From positions 1,600,001 to 1,664,000 of the forward strand of contig OZ244999.1 in the NCBI GenBank assembly GCA_965223265.1: a stretch of 64,000 bases of DNA, in the 5' to 3' direction. Numbering within the stretch: the stretch's first letter is position 1; every line of letters begins with the position of its first letter. Source of the DNA: Planctomycetota bacterium (GTDB lineage Bacteria > Planctomycetota > UBA8108 > SXIK01). The notes under the pieces were generated by a model. The model ran no database searches. It was not told where the DNA came from and was given only the letters and a program-made list of their open reading frames with translations. The translations under genes and the position numbers were made by a program. This document shows, in pieces, positions 28,517-39,100 of the stretch.

Positions 28517-28720
28517 TCAACTCCCCTCTTCGGCCTGCGTGGCTGGTACGCTGCCGGTTGTCGCGGAGCCCTGCTTGAGATCCTTGAGCGTACCAAGCCA
28601 CCGCGCGCTGCTTATCTGAATCCCGAGCTCGTAGAGCTGACCCAAATCCCGTAGGCGCCGGTCAATCGCCTCCGGCGACATATCAACCGTCTTTCTGACT
28701 CGTGTCTTCGTTTCCTTCAA
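28517..28720 (-). CDS. Small helical protein coupled to the nucleotidyltransferase
   Basis: DMSPEAIDRRLRDLGQLYELG; TTG overlaps upstream TGA (alternative start ATG 28681). Confidence 0.55.
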   Translation of the reverse strand: MKETKTRVRKTVDMSPEAIDRRLRDLGQLYELGIQISSARWLGTLKDLKQGSATTGSVPATQAEEGS

Positions 28721-29178
28721 TCTTCTTGACCTTCGAGTTGCTCTATGTCCGCCAAATCCTGCTTGCGGCCAGCCAGGCGCTTCATCCGTACCAGTCCATC
28801 GCGGGACACGGTTCGAATCTGGCGACCCTTCCATTCGAAAACGCCTCGGCCGTTCCAGACTTTCTCGAGACTCGGGCTCACAAGCATGAAGTCAAGCGTC
28901 AGGGTCTCGCTGCCCGAGACTTTCGACACGCGGTGAATGATCTGCTCTTCGGGCCTGCCGAGCCGAAACGGCACTCGCCCTCCTTCAACTGTGAACCCGC
29001 ACTTGGCTGCCACGTTGCGAGCCTTCTCCAGATCTTCCTCCCTAACCAAGAGATCGATATCCTTGGTGAACCGCGGATGCCCGTGAAAGGCAAGCGCCAC
29101 TCCGCCACATAAGGCGTAGTCCAAGCCGGAATCTTCCAGGGCGTTCACGAGTTCCACGAGCTCTTCGTATAGGTTCAT
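28717..29178 (-). CDS. Minimal nucleotidyltransferase (Pol-beta superfamily, AbiEii/DUF6036-like)
   Basis: YALCGGVALAFHGHPRFTKDIDLLV; MKRLAGRKQDLADI. Confidence 0.82.
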   Translation of the reverse strand: MNLYEELVELVNALEDSGLDYALCGGVALAFHGHPRFTKDIDLLVREEDLEKARNVAAKCGFTVEGGRVPFRLGRPEEQIIHRVSKVSGSETLTLDFMLVSPSLEKVWNGRGVFEWKGRQIRTVSRDGLVRMKRLAGRKQDLADIEQLEGQED

Positions 29179-29479
29179 ACAGGACGATGGTCAGTCTTCG
29201 CCAACTCATGTCAGGATGCCGCCGAAAACGAACGAGAATCTCATCCGCTTCTCGGGGACCCGTTCGGTCAGTCGTAGTATTCAGAAGCGATCCCGCCTCG
29301 GTATTCTCCCTTGTCCACCTCAATCAAGTCAACAACCGGCGGTTCTACTGACAGCTCTTCCCGTTGACCCGTATCCACCCGACCCGAGACGCAGAAGGAG
29401 TCCGCGGAGAAGAAGCGAAGACGATACGAGACCTGCGAAACCCGTCCCAGCTTCGTTTTGCGGTGGCGGATTTGTTGTT

Positions 29480-29600
29480 GACGAAGAGGGCCGATTCCCA
29501 TCGGTTCTGCGGGGAGAGCTACTCCGTGCCGTCACGACTGCGCGGCGAGCGACTCCGCACGCGCACCGACCAGGTCAAGATCCCCTGCTACCAGGCGTGA
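29480..29600 (+). pseudogene. Possible IS21 istA fragment
   Basis: Only a short YSVPSRLRGERLR motif. Confidence 0.3.
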
Positions 29601-29630
29601 TCGAACTTCACATGCGCCCACCCACCGCAA

Positions 29631-30443
29631 TCACCCCTCCAGCGGCTGCCACACGAGGATCTCACCCTTCTGCGACACCGCCGCGTCGCCACAATAGTGA
29701 CGATACGATCCGTTCGCCGCGTCGTATGGAATCGCGAAACCCTCGTCTTTGAGCTGTCGCGCATAGAGCCGCAAAAACGTCGGCTCGTAGCTGCAGTCGT
29801 AGGCGAACGTCGGCAGAAGCGGGATCGGCGTCAGCGACACAATCGTGCCGCGCACCATCCAGGCGCCCGTGCGTAGCTCCGCGCCGCCGACGATCAGCGT
29901 GCCGCCCTTCATTTCGAGTCCGGCGAAATCTTTGACGCTGCCCTTGATCGCGATCGTGCCGCGCTTCATGCGCATGCCGACCTCGAGTCCCGCCGAGCCG
30001 CCGATGAGAATCGTTCCGTCCCTCATTCCCGTCAAACTGCCGCGGTACGCCGCGCCCACCTGTCCGCCAGCGTTTCCTGCGACGCGGATCGTCCCGCCCG
30101 ACATCTCACTGCCGACGAAGTCCGACGCGTTCCCCGACACCTCGATCGTCCCGCCCCTCATGTACGCTCCGAGATGCATGCCGGCGTCACCGCTCACCGT
30201 CAACCGCCCGCGCGTCATGCCGCGCCCCAGCCACTTCACCCGACTGACGTCGCCGCGCACCTCGATCTCCTCACTCGCTTCGCCGTCGACATCGAAGAAG
30301 TCTCCGATCGCGCACTGGCGTTTGCCGAGGAACATCGGCAGCTCGTGGATCTCGGCGTTGCTACGGTTCGCCAGCACGTCCGGTGAAATCGCCTCCGCCT
30401 CCAGCGGCACGGTGGGCTGTTCTTTGACGGTCAGAGTGATCAT
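29631..30443 (-). CDS. fwdC: Formylmethanofuran dehydrogenase subunit C (FwdC/FhcC)
   Basis: GXGXG beta-helix repeats, GAAYRGS..GMRDG, LLPTF. Confidence 0.93.
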   Translation of the reverse strand: MITLTVKEQPTVPLEAEAISPDVLANRSNAEIHELPMFLGKRQCAIGDFFDVDGEASEEIEVRGDVSRVKWLGRGMTRGRLTVSGDAGMHLGAYMRGGTIEVSGNASDFVGSEMSGGTIRVAGNAGGQVGAAYRGSLTGMRDGTILIGGSAGLEVGMRMKRGTIAIKGSVKDFAGLEMKGGTLIVGGAELRTGAWMVRGTIVSLTPIPLLPTFAYDCSYEPTFLRLYARQLKDEGFAIPYDAANGSYRHYCGDAAVSQKGEILVWQPLEG

Positions 30444-30491
30444 GTTCAGTCTGTCGATCGGGCCCAGCTTGGAGGTTAACGCTGCACCGCG

Positions 30492-32135
30492 CTACGACGC
30501 TCCGCCACCGCAGTCGCGGATCTCCGCGCCCTCGATCCGTTCCATCTCCACCGGATAGTTCTCAAACGACATCGTGTAGTACTGCTCGAAGAGCGGCCGC
30601 AAGTATTCGCGAATGTTTTCGTCGTGCGACGGTCGCACGACATGCTCGCGCCCGTCGACCACCTTGCGAATGTCACCCTCCTCGACGACCACCTCACCGC
30701 CCTTCAGAACGTAGCGCGGATGCTCAAACATGCGCTGGCGGTCGGCGTCTTCGTTGTAGATCGTCACGTCGCCGTCAGCCCCGACTCCGAGGTGGCCCTT
30801 CGTCGGCATGCCAAGCGCGCGTGCCGGCCCTGCCGACGTGATGATGGCAATCTCCGACAGTGTGTACTCGCGATCGATGTCAGCGAGAACGATGCGGCTC
30901 AGCGCCTTGGGCGGCAGCTCCGCGATACACTCGCGGCGAAAGTCCGCGTTCATCAGCATGTGGATGATCTCAGGATAGCGCCAAAAGCAGGCACCGTTCG
31001 GATGGTCTGTCGTCAAATAGATGCGCCATGGGTCATCGATGAGGAGCAGAAGTTCCAGCCCGACCGCCCACTGCACCGCGTTGACGAGGTTGCTGCCCTT
31101 GTACTTGTACGGCACGATCCCACAGCCAGTTTCGTTCTCGACGTCGAGGTTGCCCCACTTGCGACCGGTCAGCTGGTAGAGAAGGTGCTGCCACGGCCCA
31201 TCCGCCGTGATGGTGACCGCGTCGCCAAAGAGAACCGCGCCCGCATCGGCGGTCAGGTTTTTGTGCGCATTAAAGTACTCCGCCAGCGCCGCCGCCTCCG
31301 AACGCAGCGTGTGCCAATCGTCGCCGCCATAGGCATGGAACTGCAGGTGCGCCATGTGGGCGCGATTCCCTTCGAGCACCTTCATGGTCTCGATCGTTGT
31401 CTTGATATTTCCCGGCGCGCCCAGGTTGTTGCAGTGGAGATGCACTGGATGCGGCAACTGGAGATCGTCGACGATCGACGCCAAGCTCTTGATGATCAGC
31501 GCCGGTGTCACCTTCTTGTAACCTTCCACCGGTTCCGTGAGAACCTTCGCGTCCTTACCCCACTTCCAAGCCGTGACCCCGCCGGGGTTGACCGCTTTGA
31601 CGCCGTAGCCCTTAGCCGACCAGATGTGCCACGCTATGACATCTTTGGCGCGCTCGATCTCGCCTGCTTCCAGCAGGTCGAGCACGATCTCGTTATTCGC
31701 CATGAGGACGCAGCAGGTTTTGTCGACGATCGGCGTGTCGCGTAGTTCTTCGTGCGTGTGCCGCGCGGAAAGTACTGGCACCGCCGCTTCGTTCACCGTC
31801 GTGTAGCCCTGTCCCGCGTAAAGGTAGCCGGTGGCGAACGTCGTCGGCGTCGTCCCGCCGACACCTGCGCGCAGCACGGGGGAGTGGATGAACTTGGCGG
31901 CATTGCGATGGTTCTCCGGCGTCATGGCGCGCGCGAAGTTCAGCGCACCGCCGGCCACATGCGTGTGCACGTCGACGCCGCCGGGGAACACAACCATGCC
32001 CGTCGCGTCGATGTTGCGCGCGCCCGCAGCGTCGAGTTCAGAGACAACGCGCCCACCTGAGATGCAGACGTCTCTCACTTCGCCGTGAATGTCGTTTGCC
32101 GGGTCGTAGACCCTGCCGCCGGTTATGCGCAGCAT
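30492..32135 (-). CDS. fwdA: Formylmethanofuran dehydrogenase subunit A (amidohydrolase)
   Basis: GGVDVHTH, GVKAVNPGG, HLHCNNLG, HLQFHAYG, LTTDHPNG. Confidence 0.95.
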   Translation of the reverse strand: MLRITGGRVYDPANDIHGEVRDVCISGGRVVSELDAAGARNIDATGMVVFPGGVDVHTHVAGGALNFARAMTPENHRNAAKFIHSPVLRAGVGGTTPTTFATGYLYAGQGYTTVNEAAVPVLSARHTHEELRDTPIVDKTCCVLMANNEIVLDLLEAGEIERAKDVIAWHIWSAKGYGVKAVNPGGVTAWKWGKDAKVLTEPVEGYKKVTPALIIKSLASIVDDLQLPHPVHLHCNNLGAPGNIKTTIETMKVLEGNRAHMAHLQFHAYGGDDWHTLRSEAAALAEYFNAHKNLTADAGAVLFGDAVTITADGPWQHLLYQLTGRKWGNLDVENETGCGIVPYKYKGSNLVNAVQWAVGLELLLLIDDPWRIYLTTDHPNGACFWRYPEIIHMLMNADFRRECIAELPPKALSRIVLADIDREYTLSEIAIITSAGPARALGMPTKGHLGVGADGDVTIYNEDADRQRMFEHPRYVLKGGEVVVEEGDIRKVVDGREHVVRPSHDENIREYLRPLFEQYYTMSFENYPVEMERIEGAEIRDCGGGAS

Positions 32136-32184
32136 GCGTGTCGCGTCCGCCTCGTTTCTCTCTGAGTGATCAAACTCGAGCTTG

Positions 32185-32345
32185 ACAGCCCGTTGAAAAA
32201 GTCATTCGGCCGAGAAACTGGCCTCTTCGCGCCCAGCTCGACCGCGTCAATACTCGATAATCCCGAAGATTGCCTGCGTTTGCCGCGGCCGATCTGGACG
32301 CGAAGAGACCAGTTTTCGGCTCGAAGCATTTTTTCAACAGGCTGT
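32185..32345 (-). mobile_element. MITE copy 1 (about 161 bp, palindromic)
   Basis: TIRs ACAGCCTGTTGAAAAA / TTTTTCAACGGGCTGT; near-identical to the copies at 46943 and 55053. Confidence 0.88.
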
Positions 32346-33676
32346 TAAGCGCATGGCACCGTCTTGTACGTCGCCGGCAGCCAAGGCGGCTTCTCTTTCA
32401 CTTTGTCGTAGATCCGTCGCACGATCTCTTCGTCGGTGGGATACGGCGAATCGAGAATCGGCCGTAGCGGCAGCGGAATCTCGTCCATGCGGTAGACCGT
32501 TCCCGGCGCGCTGATGCCCGTGGTGGCGGTCGTGAAGTGAACGCGCGCCAGGTGGCTCGTGTGCGTTACCTTGGGGTCGAGGACGATCGTTGGGATTCTC
32601 GCCAGGTGATCGATCGCCGGCTGCGGCATGGTCGCTCCCGGGTCGGCACCTATGATCAGCGCGGCATCGTTGTCGCCGCGCACGAGCACGTCGATCGTCG
32701 AGAACTCGCCCGGGTTGAAGCGGGGGTAGCCGCGCGACAGGTTGACGCCAAACGGATACCCGGTCGACCAGCGCATGATCACGTCGGCGCCGGTGACGTT
32801 GCCGTGGCCGCGCATCGGCATCGACACGAACTTGGTGAACGCGTTCATCTCGGCGGCGAGCGCTAACGCAGCGGCCGAGTTCATGTGCTTGCCGCGCGTC
32901 ATCGACAGGCCCATGCCGAAGAAGAGAACACCGAAGCGCGCCTTCTTCATACGGTCGACGATTTCCTGCAGCTGCTCAAGTGAAAGGCCCGTCTCCGCCA
33001 CGGCCTCAGCGTCGACGGGCTGGCCCTTGACCAGCGCGCGCATCGTCGTCAGCACCTCGAAGTCTTTCCCCGGTCGCACCTGCAGGAGGATGTCGGCGAA
33101 GCGGCTGCTCAGCGTCTCGCGCACGTCGACGAGCACCATCGTGCGCCCCTTGCGGCCCTCCGGCACGAATTTTCCTTTGGGGGTCAAAGAGTACTTGGTG
33201 AAGTGCCGTGGGTGGCAGTCAGCAGGATTGCCCCCCCAAAAGATCAGGAAGTCCGCCCGGTTCATCACTTCGCCGAGCGTGCAGGTGACTTTGCCACCCA
33301 ACTGGGCGGCGATTTCCGTTGGCCCGTGTCAGAGCGAGGTGTGGCTGTCGACCACGCCTCCGACCAGTTCAGCGAGCGCGACGGCTCCGCGCTGCGTTTC
33401 GCAGGTGGTATTACTGAGGCCGTAGACGAGCGGCATGTTCGCGGCGTAGAGGTACTCCGCCGCAGCGTCGACCGCGTCGTCCACCGACGCCGGCTTGCCG
33501 TCAATCAATGCTTCGGGATAGAGCTTCTCCGCCGTGTGGTTTTTGAACCACGCCTCGCCGAGGCCGCAGGCGCGCTTGGTCTTGGTGATGCGGTCGCCTT
33601 CGGCGTGCAGCTCCATGTCGTCGCACACGCAGCCGCAAAACGTACACGTTGCGTTTTCTACGATCTTTACACTCAT
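32345..33676 (-). CDS. fwdB: Formylmethanofuran dehydrogenase subunit B, predicted selenoprotein (UGA at codon 116)
   Basis: CTFCGCVCDD..C Fe-S motif; VVDSHTSL-TGA-HGPTEIA..TCTLGEV in one frame joining ORFs 33329-33676 and 32345-33301; WGGNP...HPRH; MRGHGNV. Confidence 0.88.
33293..33310 (-). promoter_or_regulatory. Putative bacterial SECIS hairpin
   Basis: GCCGCCC-AGUU-GGGUGGC starting 18 nt after UGA, with GU in the apical loop. Confidence 0.7.
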
Positions 33677-34453
33677 GGCTTCCTAAAAAGTTATCGTCGT
33701 CATCGTCGCGGCGACGACGATGCCGTCTCGCTACGCGGGACTCGTTCGAACGCGCGCAGTCGCGTCGACGAGTTCACTCGAGATAGTGCTCTCGAGCGGT
33801 GATCACTCCGAGTCGTCTGAGCCCAGACTGGGCCGGATGATGAAGCTTCACCCAAGCGCCCGTCCACGAAAGCTGCCGCGGATGCGGCGCGGCATGTAAC
33901 GGCCGACATCGGCGTCGACGAGTTCCCACGCCTGAGGGTCCTCGACGCCGAGCTGGTCGAGCGTCTCGGGAAACTGCGCCTTCTCGACCTCGCTCATTTG
34001 GCGGCGAAGCTCTGGTCTCCCCCGTATGGGGGTGCGTCCTGCGTCCACTGGGATCTTCCTAATCTGTCGTTGTGCTAAACCATTCTGTTGAGGAGCTCAA
34101 GGCTCGTGAGGAGCCAGCGAGCTCACCACATAAGATAACCGAAAGGTCGCTCGACTGGTATGTCCGTGATGACCGGGCGATTCACAACACCAACAATTCG
34201 CTCCCTTCGTTTCTCCGTTGCCTTGTGTTCTATGCCTTCACAGGAGTCGGTTTTCCGTCGATGCGATTTCGAAAGGCGAGAAAACGGAGGAAACCAAGGC
34301 CGGAGACGATCGCCGTCCTTCGCGATCGGACGACAGTTTTAAAACGCCACGGTTGGCGAGGTTTGTTGTCGTAAGTCTCATCCCATCAAGGAAATATGGG
34401 CCGGTGTTCGGGCCCGGGCCAGTCCAAAACCAGCTGCTTTTTGGCAACCGAGC

Positions 34454-34816
34454 TTACTGCGGGGCGTCAATGGCCTCGACTTCGACCTCCCAGCCCTTGG
34501 AGAGCGGCATCCCAGTCCCGTCGGTGCTCTGACCCATGAGCTGGCAAGTCGGCGGGCCGTAGGGCACGAAGATCATGCCGCGCGGCACCTTGCCATCCTT
34601 GCCACCATGTTCCTTGCAGGTGAAGGTGCCCTCGCCGTTCTCGGAGCGCACGCGGAGACTGGCACCCGGCTCGACGCCGAGCTCCTTGATGTCATCCGGG
34701 TGCATGATCAGCGTGGTCACCAAGGCTTGGTACTCGGCGCCTTCCTTACCGACGTTGATCTGTCGCCCTTGCTTGGTCGTGCGACCGGCGTTCATGATGA
34801 AAGTTTTGGCGGCCAA
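34454..34816 (-). CDS. fwdD: FwdD-like molybdopterin dinucleotide-binding subunit
   Basis: GRTTKQG, MHPDD...LG, G.IFVPYGP, TDGTGMP.SKG. Confidence 0.88.
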   Translation of the reverse strand: MAAKTFIMNAGRTTKQGRQINVGKEGAEYQALVTTLIMHPDDIKELGVEPGASLRVRSENGEGTFTCKEHGGKDGKVPRGMIFVPYGPPTCQLMGQSTDGTGMPLSKGWEVEVEAIDAPQ

Positions 34817-34931
34817 CTGAGTCTCTCGCTAGGTGTCAAATCGTGCCCAAATGGTGTCGGTGACAACCAGCGCCAGTGTAACCGCGAAGGCGCAGCACGG
34901 GAATCCCGCGTTTCTCAAGCCGTACGTGGCC

Positions 34932-35885
34932 CTACCTCTTGAGCGCTTCTGGATCCACGACGCCGGACGACCCGGCGCTGAGGACTTTGTGCAGGTGAAA
35001 GTGAAACTTGCCAAGCTTGCCGCCGTAGTTGCCGGCGCCGATGGCGAGAACTCCCTCGCCCGACGCAGTCTCGAGGGCTGTGCGCATGGCCGCGGCGACC
35101 GCCGCTTCGTCCGTGCCATCGATGACGATCTCATAGCAGCAGTTGGCGCCGTCGACGAGCTCGCTCTCGACGCGGCCGCGCTGCGTCGGGCAGAGCGGGT
35201 CGTTGGTCGAGGCCACGAGTCCCTTGTAACGCGAGCCGACCTTGCTGCCGCTGCGGACGACGCCACCGGGGAACGGTGTGATCACGCCGGGCAGCGCAGC
35301 GATCGCTTCGCTGGCGCGCCGCGCTGCGGCGAGTGCGACGGCCTGCGAGCGCGCCTGCAAGATGATGTTGCCACCGGCGATGCCCTTGGCGACCGACGCC
35401 GTCTCACCGACGAGGAATTCGCCATCCATCACTGGGACCCGCCAGTAACGGGTGCCGTCGTGCTTCTTACTCTTTTGATAGCCATCGCCGAAGAAGCGCA
35501 GGTGCTTGCCCAGCGCAATCGTGTCGTGGGATTCTGTCCCGTTGGCGCCGGCCGCGTCACCCAAACCATCGTAGCAGGCGGTGGTGGGGCAGGTCATGAT
35601 GCACTGGCCGACGCGGTTGGGCACCGCTTTGGCGAGCCCGTCGGTCGAAAACCCAAACAGCATCACCGCCGCGCCGGGCCGACCGTCGGGGGTTTCGCCC
35701 GGCGAGAGGTAGCGTTCGACACCCGCCTCGGCGTCGCAGCTGATCACCGACGTCCCATATCCCGCGACGGAGCGGAGCGCCGCCTCAAGCCAGTAGTCGT
35801 CGACAGCGGTGACGATAAGCCGCGCGTAGCGCATGCGAAACGCTTCGGCAAACGTGTCAAGAATCGTGGTCGAGCCGATTTGCAT
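34932..35885 (-). CDS. ftr: Formylmethanofuran-tetrahydromethanopterin formyltransferase (Ftr/FhcD)
   Basis: DTFAEAF, TSVISCDAEAG, TPDGRPG, GQCIMTCPTTA, GSKVGS, YEIVIDG, AGNYGGKLG. Confidence 0.95.
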   Translation of the reverse strand: MQIGSTTILDTFAEAFRMRYARLIVTAVDDYWLEAALRSVAGYGTSVISCDAEAGVERYLSPGETPDGRPGAAVMLFGFSTDGLAKAVPNRVGQCIMTCPTTACYDGLGDAAGANGTESHDTIALGKHLRFFGDGYQKSKKHDGTRYWRVPVMDGEFLVGETASVAKGIAGGNIILQARSQAVALAAARRASEAIAALPGVITPFPGGVVRSGSKVGSRYKGLVASTNDPLCPTQRGRVESELVDGANCCYEIVIDGTDEAAVAAAMRTALETASGEGVLAIGAGNYGGKLGKFHFHLHKVLSAGSSGVVDPEALKR

Positions 35886-36133
35886 AGAGCACTTCCGCAT
35901 TGATCAAGGGCTCACCGCACTTGGCGCCCGCAGCGTCGGAGCAGCTGCGGCGACCGCGAGGTGCGACGTTCGAAGCCTATGAACGTAGCCAGGACCGCGG
36001 TGCGAAGCAACTATTTCCAGGGTTTCGATCGAGGGAGCTGGATCGGCTCGCCGGAGGATGTAGGCGATGCGAATAGCCCGAGTGTGCACCCGCGAAGACG
36101 GCTTCAAGGCTCGTTCTACGTTCGAGTAGTGCG

Positions 36134-39100
36134 CTACTGGCACGCTGCGTTGTCGTCACATTCCGGAACCGGCACGCAAGAGAGCGGAGCTCCCGGGAGA
36201 GAGAGCGGATGAGACTCTCCCGCGTCGGTGAAGAGAAACAGGAGAAGGCCAACACCGTCTGCAAGATCAAGCTCGGAATTCGAGTCATGGTCAAGTAGTG
36301 CGATGTTTCCGGCGGCGTCCACCGACCCATCGCCACATGGGAGTGGCCTCGGGTTGCCTCCGAAGAGGTGCAGGAAGAGGCAGATCGGATCAGAGACGTC
36401 TAGGCCCGCGTTTTGGTCGCAGTCGCCAGGCACTCGAAGTCCACCTTCGCAGTCGTCCGGAATCTCATTCGTGTTCACGTCGGTGGAATCGCCCGCGCCG
36501 ATGTCGCAGGCATCGGGAGCGCCGTTGTCATTGCAGTCGGCCTTGACGAATGGAGCGCTCTCGTTGATCAACAGTGAGACAGTGTCTGATCGATTCGACG
36601 TGGCGATTTCAGGGTAACCGTCGCCGTTGACGTCGAGTTGCACAATCCAGGTAGGTTCCGCGCCAACACCAAACGGGACCGGCGGGGCAAAGCGACCGCT
36701 TCCGTCTCCGAGCATGGCTTCGACAAGATTTGACTCAAGTGAGACGACGAAGATATCCGTATGCCCATCGCCGTCACCGTCAGCGCCGACGGCAGGACGC
36801 GCCGAGCCTGCGCCGTCAGCGAATCCACGAGGGGGAAGGAATCCGCCGTCACTATGGCCGAGCAGAATCGCAGTTCTGGAGCCGGAGCTTCCCCTGGAGA
36901 CGGCGACGTCGAGGATCCCGTCACGGTTGAAATCGGTAGCGAAGAGGTGCCGCGGCGTCGATATAGGACCGAAGATTCTTGGGACTCCGAAGGTCCCGTC
37001 ACCCAGTCCCGGCCACAGACGTATCTCATCGGCATCGCGTTCCGTACTGACCAGGTCGAGGAGGTCGTCGCCGTCGAAGTCGGCGGCGACGAACGCTGTG
37101 GTTTGACTGCTCCGATAGCGAATGCCTTCACGAAAGGATCCGTCTCCAACTCCGAGAAGCACGTTCTCTCCTACTATGAGATCTACTCTCCCGTCATCGT
37201 TGAGGTCGGCCGCCGCGATGTTCAGAGAGATGACTCTGTCCGACGCGAGACTCCGCCGCGAGCCGAATCGGCCGTTCCCAGATCCGAAGTGACCGCTGAC
37301 CGCTGTACTCGGGTGCGTCACCGCGAGATCGATCGCTCCGTCCAGATTGAAATCACCCATCGCAATTCCACTGGGTTTTTGAGCTGTCGGAACTGTCTGG
37401 CTAAACCGAAGTCGATCGACCCCGTCGCTGAGTAGTACCGTTAAATCATGGGAATCGTCGTTCAGCGTCACGACGTCGTCGAACCCGTCGCCGTTGAAGT
37501 CGCCGGCGGCGAGCTTCAGTGGGTCGTCACCGACAGGAAAATCCCTTTGTCGGAACGCAAAACGCCTGTCCGAGAAGTTGCACTCGTCAGGAACTCCGTT
37601 GGTATCACAATCCTCACTCTCACCTGCCAGGATCTCGGCTTGGTCGTCGAACCCGTTGACGTTGCAATCGTTTCGGATTGTTGCGACCACTTCGCATTCG
37701 TCAGGGATGCCGTTTCTATCTGCATCGAGACTATTTCCTGTGGTGACGTCGCACTCATCGGGCGTGTGATTGCCGTTACAGTCGCGACTGCTCGGCTCCG
37801 AGGAGCGATTAACGAACAGCTGTAAACGGCCGCTAGCGGACACGGTTAGCAGCTCCGGTCCGCCGTTGTCGTTGATATCGGAGACAAACAGGCCGACTGG
37901 GCGCCCTTGCGTAGACAGTTCGCCCAGCGACCGAAACGTTCCATCGCCGGCTCCCGTAAACAGTGACACTGAACGGGCAGTCTGATTGACTGTGGCGATG
38001 TCTACCCAGCCGTCTTGATCGACATCAGCGATGGCGCTCAACCGCGGGCGGTCGGCGGTTGTCAAACTCTGGCCGAGTGCGAACCTGCCATCCCCCTCAC
38101 CCAAGGCAACGGTGACCGCGTTCTCCTCGAAACTCGTTGCGATGACATCGAGGCGGCCGTCGTCGTTGACGTCACCAACAGTCAGTGACTGCACCGAGAA
38201 TCGCATTGGGCTGATGAGAGCGCTGTCGAACTCGCCGTTCCCACGGCCGAGGAGCGCGAAAAGAAAGAGAGCGTTCTGATCCTCCGATTCCGCCGTCAAC
38301 AAATCCACGAATCCATCGTCGTTCAAGTCGGCTGCAGCGAGCGCGACCTGGCGATCGCCAAGAGGAATCTGCTGGGTAGACATGAAGTCACCACCTCCGG
38401 ATGCCAAAAGGGTGGTGATTCCAGAATGGTTCAAGATCGCGAGGTCGTCGACGTCGTTGCCATCAAAATTCTCGGCGACGATAGCGAAATGTGGCTCGTC
38501 GACTTCAACGGTGCTGGGATCTGAAAAACCCTCGCCTGCAAGGGACAGGAGGATGTCGACTCGTGCTTCGTTGGGGTAAACGACAGCTATATCAGGCCAC
38601 TCGTCGGAATCGAATCGTCCTAACGCGGCCCACCTTACGTTAGAGATCGCTGTGCGGACGATGGTTGCCTCCGGGAAGTCTCCCGAGCTCTCCTGCTTCA
38701 CGAGCGTCAGGCCGTCCTCCGAATCTGTCATGAGAGCATCAAGATCACCATCGAGATCGATGTCCGCCACCGTCAGCGAGTTCGGCTCATAGCCACCCGG
38801 GAAGCTCCTGGCGTCGTGAAACGACCCTCGGTCTTTGCCTCGATAGAGTGTAACGTCTTCAGAATCTCGGGCGGCGACGATGAAGTCCGCCCAACCGTCA
38901 CCGTCGACGTCCTTCACGACCACACCCAACGCGAATCTCCCGACCGGCAGCCGCACATACTCGCGAAACGTTTCATCCTCGGCGCCTTGAATGAGGATGA
39001 ACTGCTGCGTCACTCGATCCGAGATAGCAAAGTCGACTCGATCGTCGCCGTCGATGTCGATCGGCACCACTTTGTCTGGGTTACCACCAACGTTGAGGAG

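Noticed and set aside
30624-31745. Long antisense ORFs (also 34833-35903, 52131-53198, 55639-56940)
   Set aside because: Shadow frames of well-supported genes, expected in high-GC DNA
32166-32348. Short ORFs over the MITE copies (also 55050-55383)
   Set aside because: They are translations of a non-coding palindromic repeat
33329-33331. fwdB as a nonsense pseudogene or two separate genes
   Set aside because: The stop is UGA, falls exactly on the metal-ligand Cys position and is followed by a SECIS-like hairpin; both halves are otherwise intact
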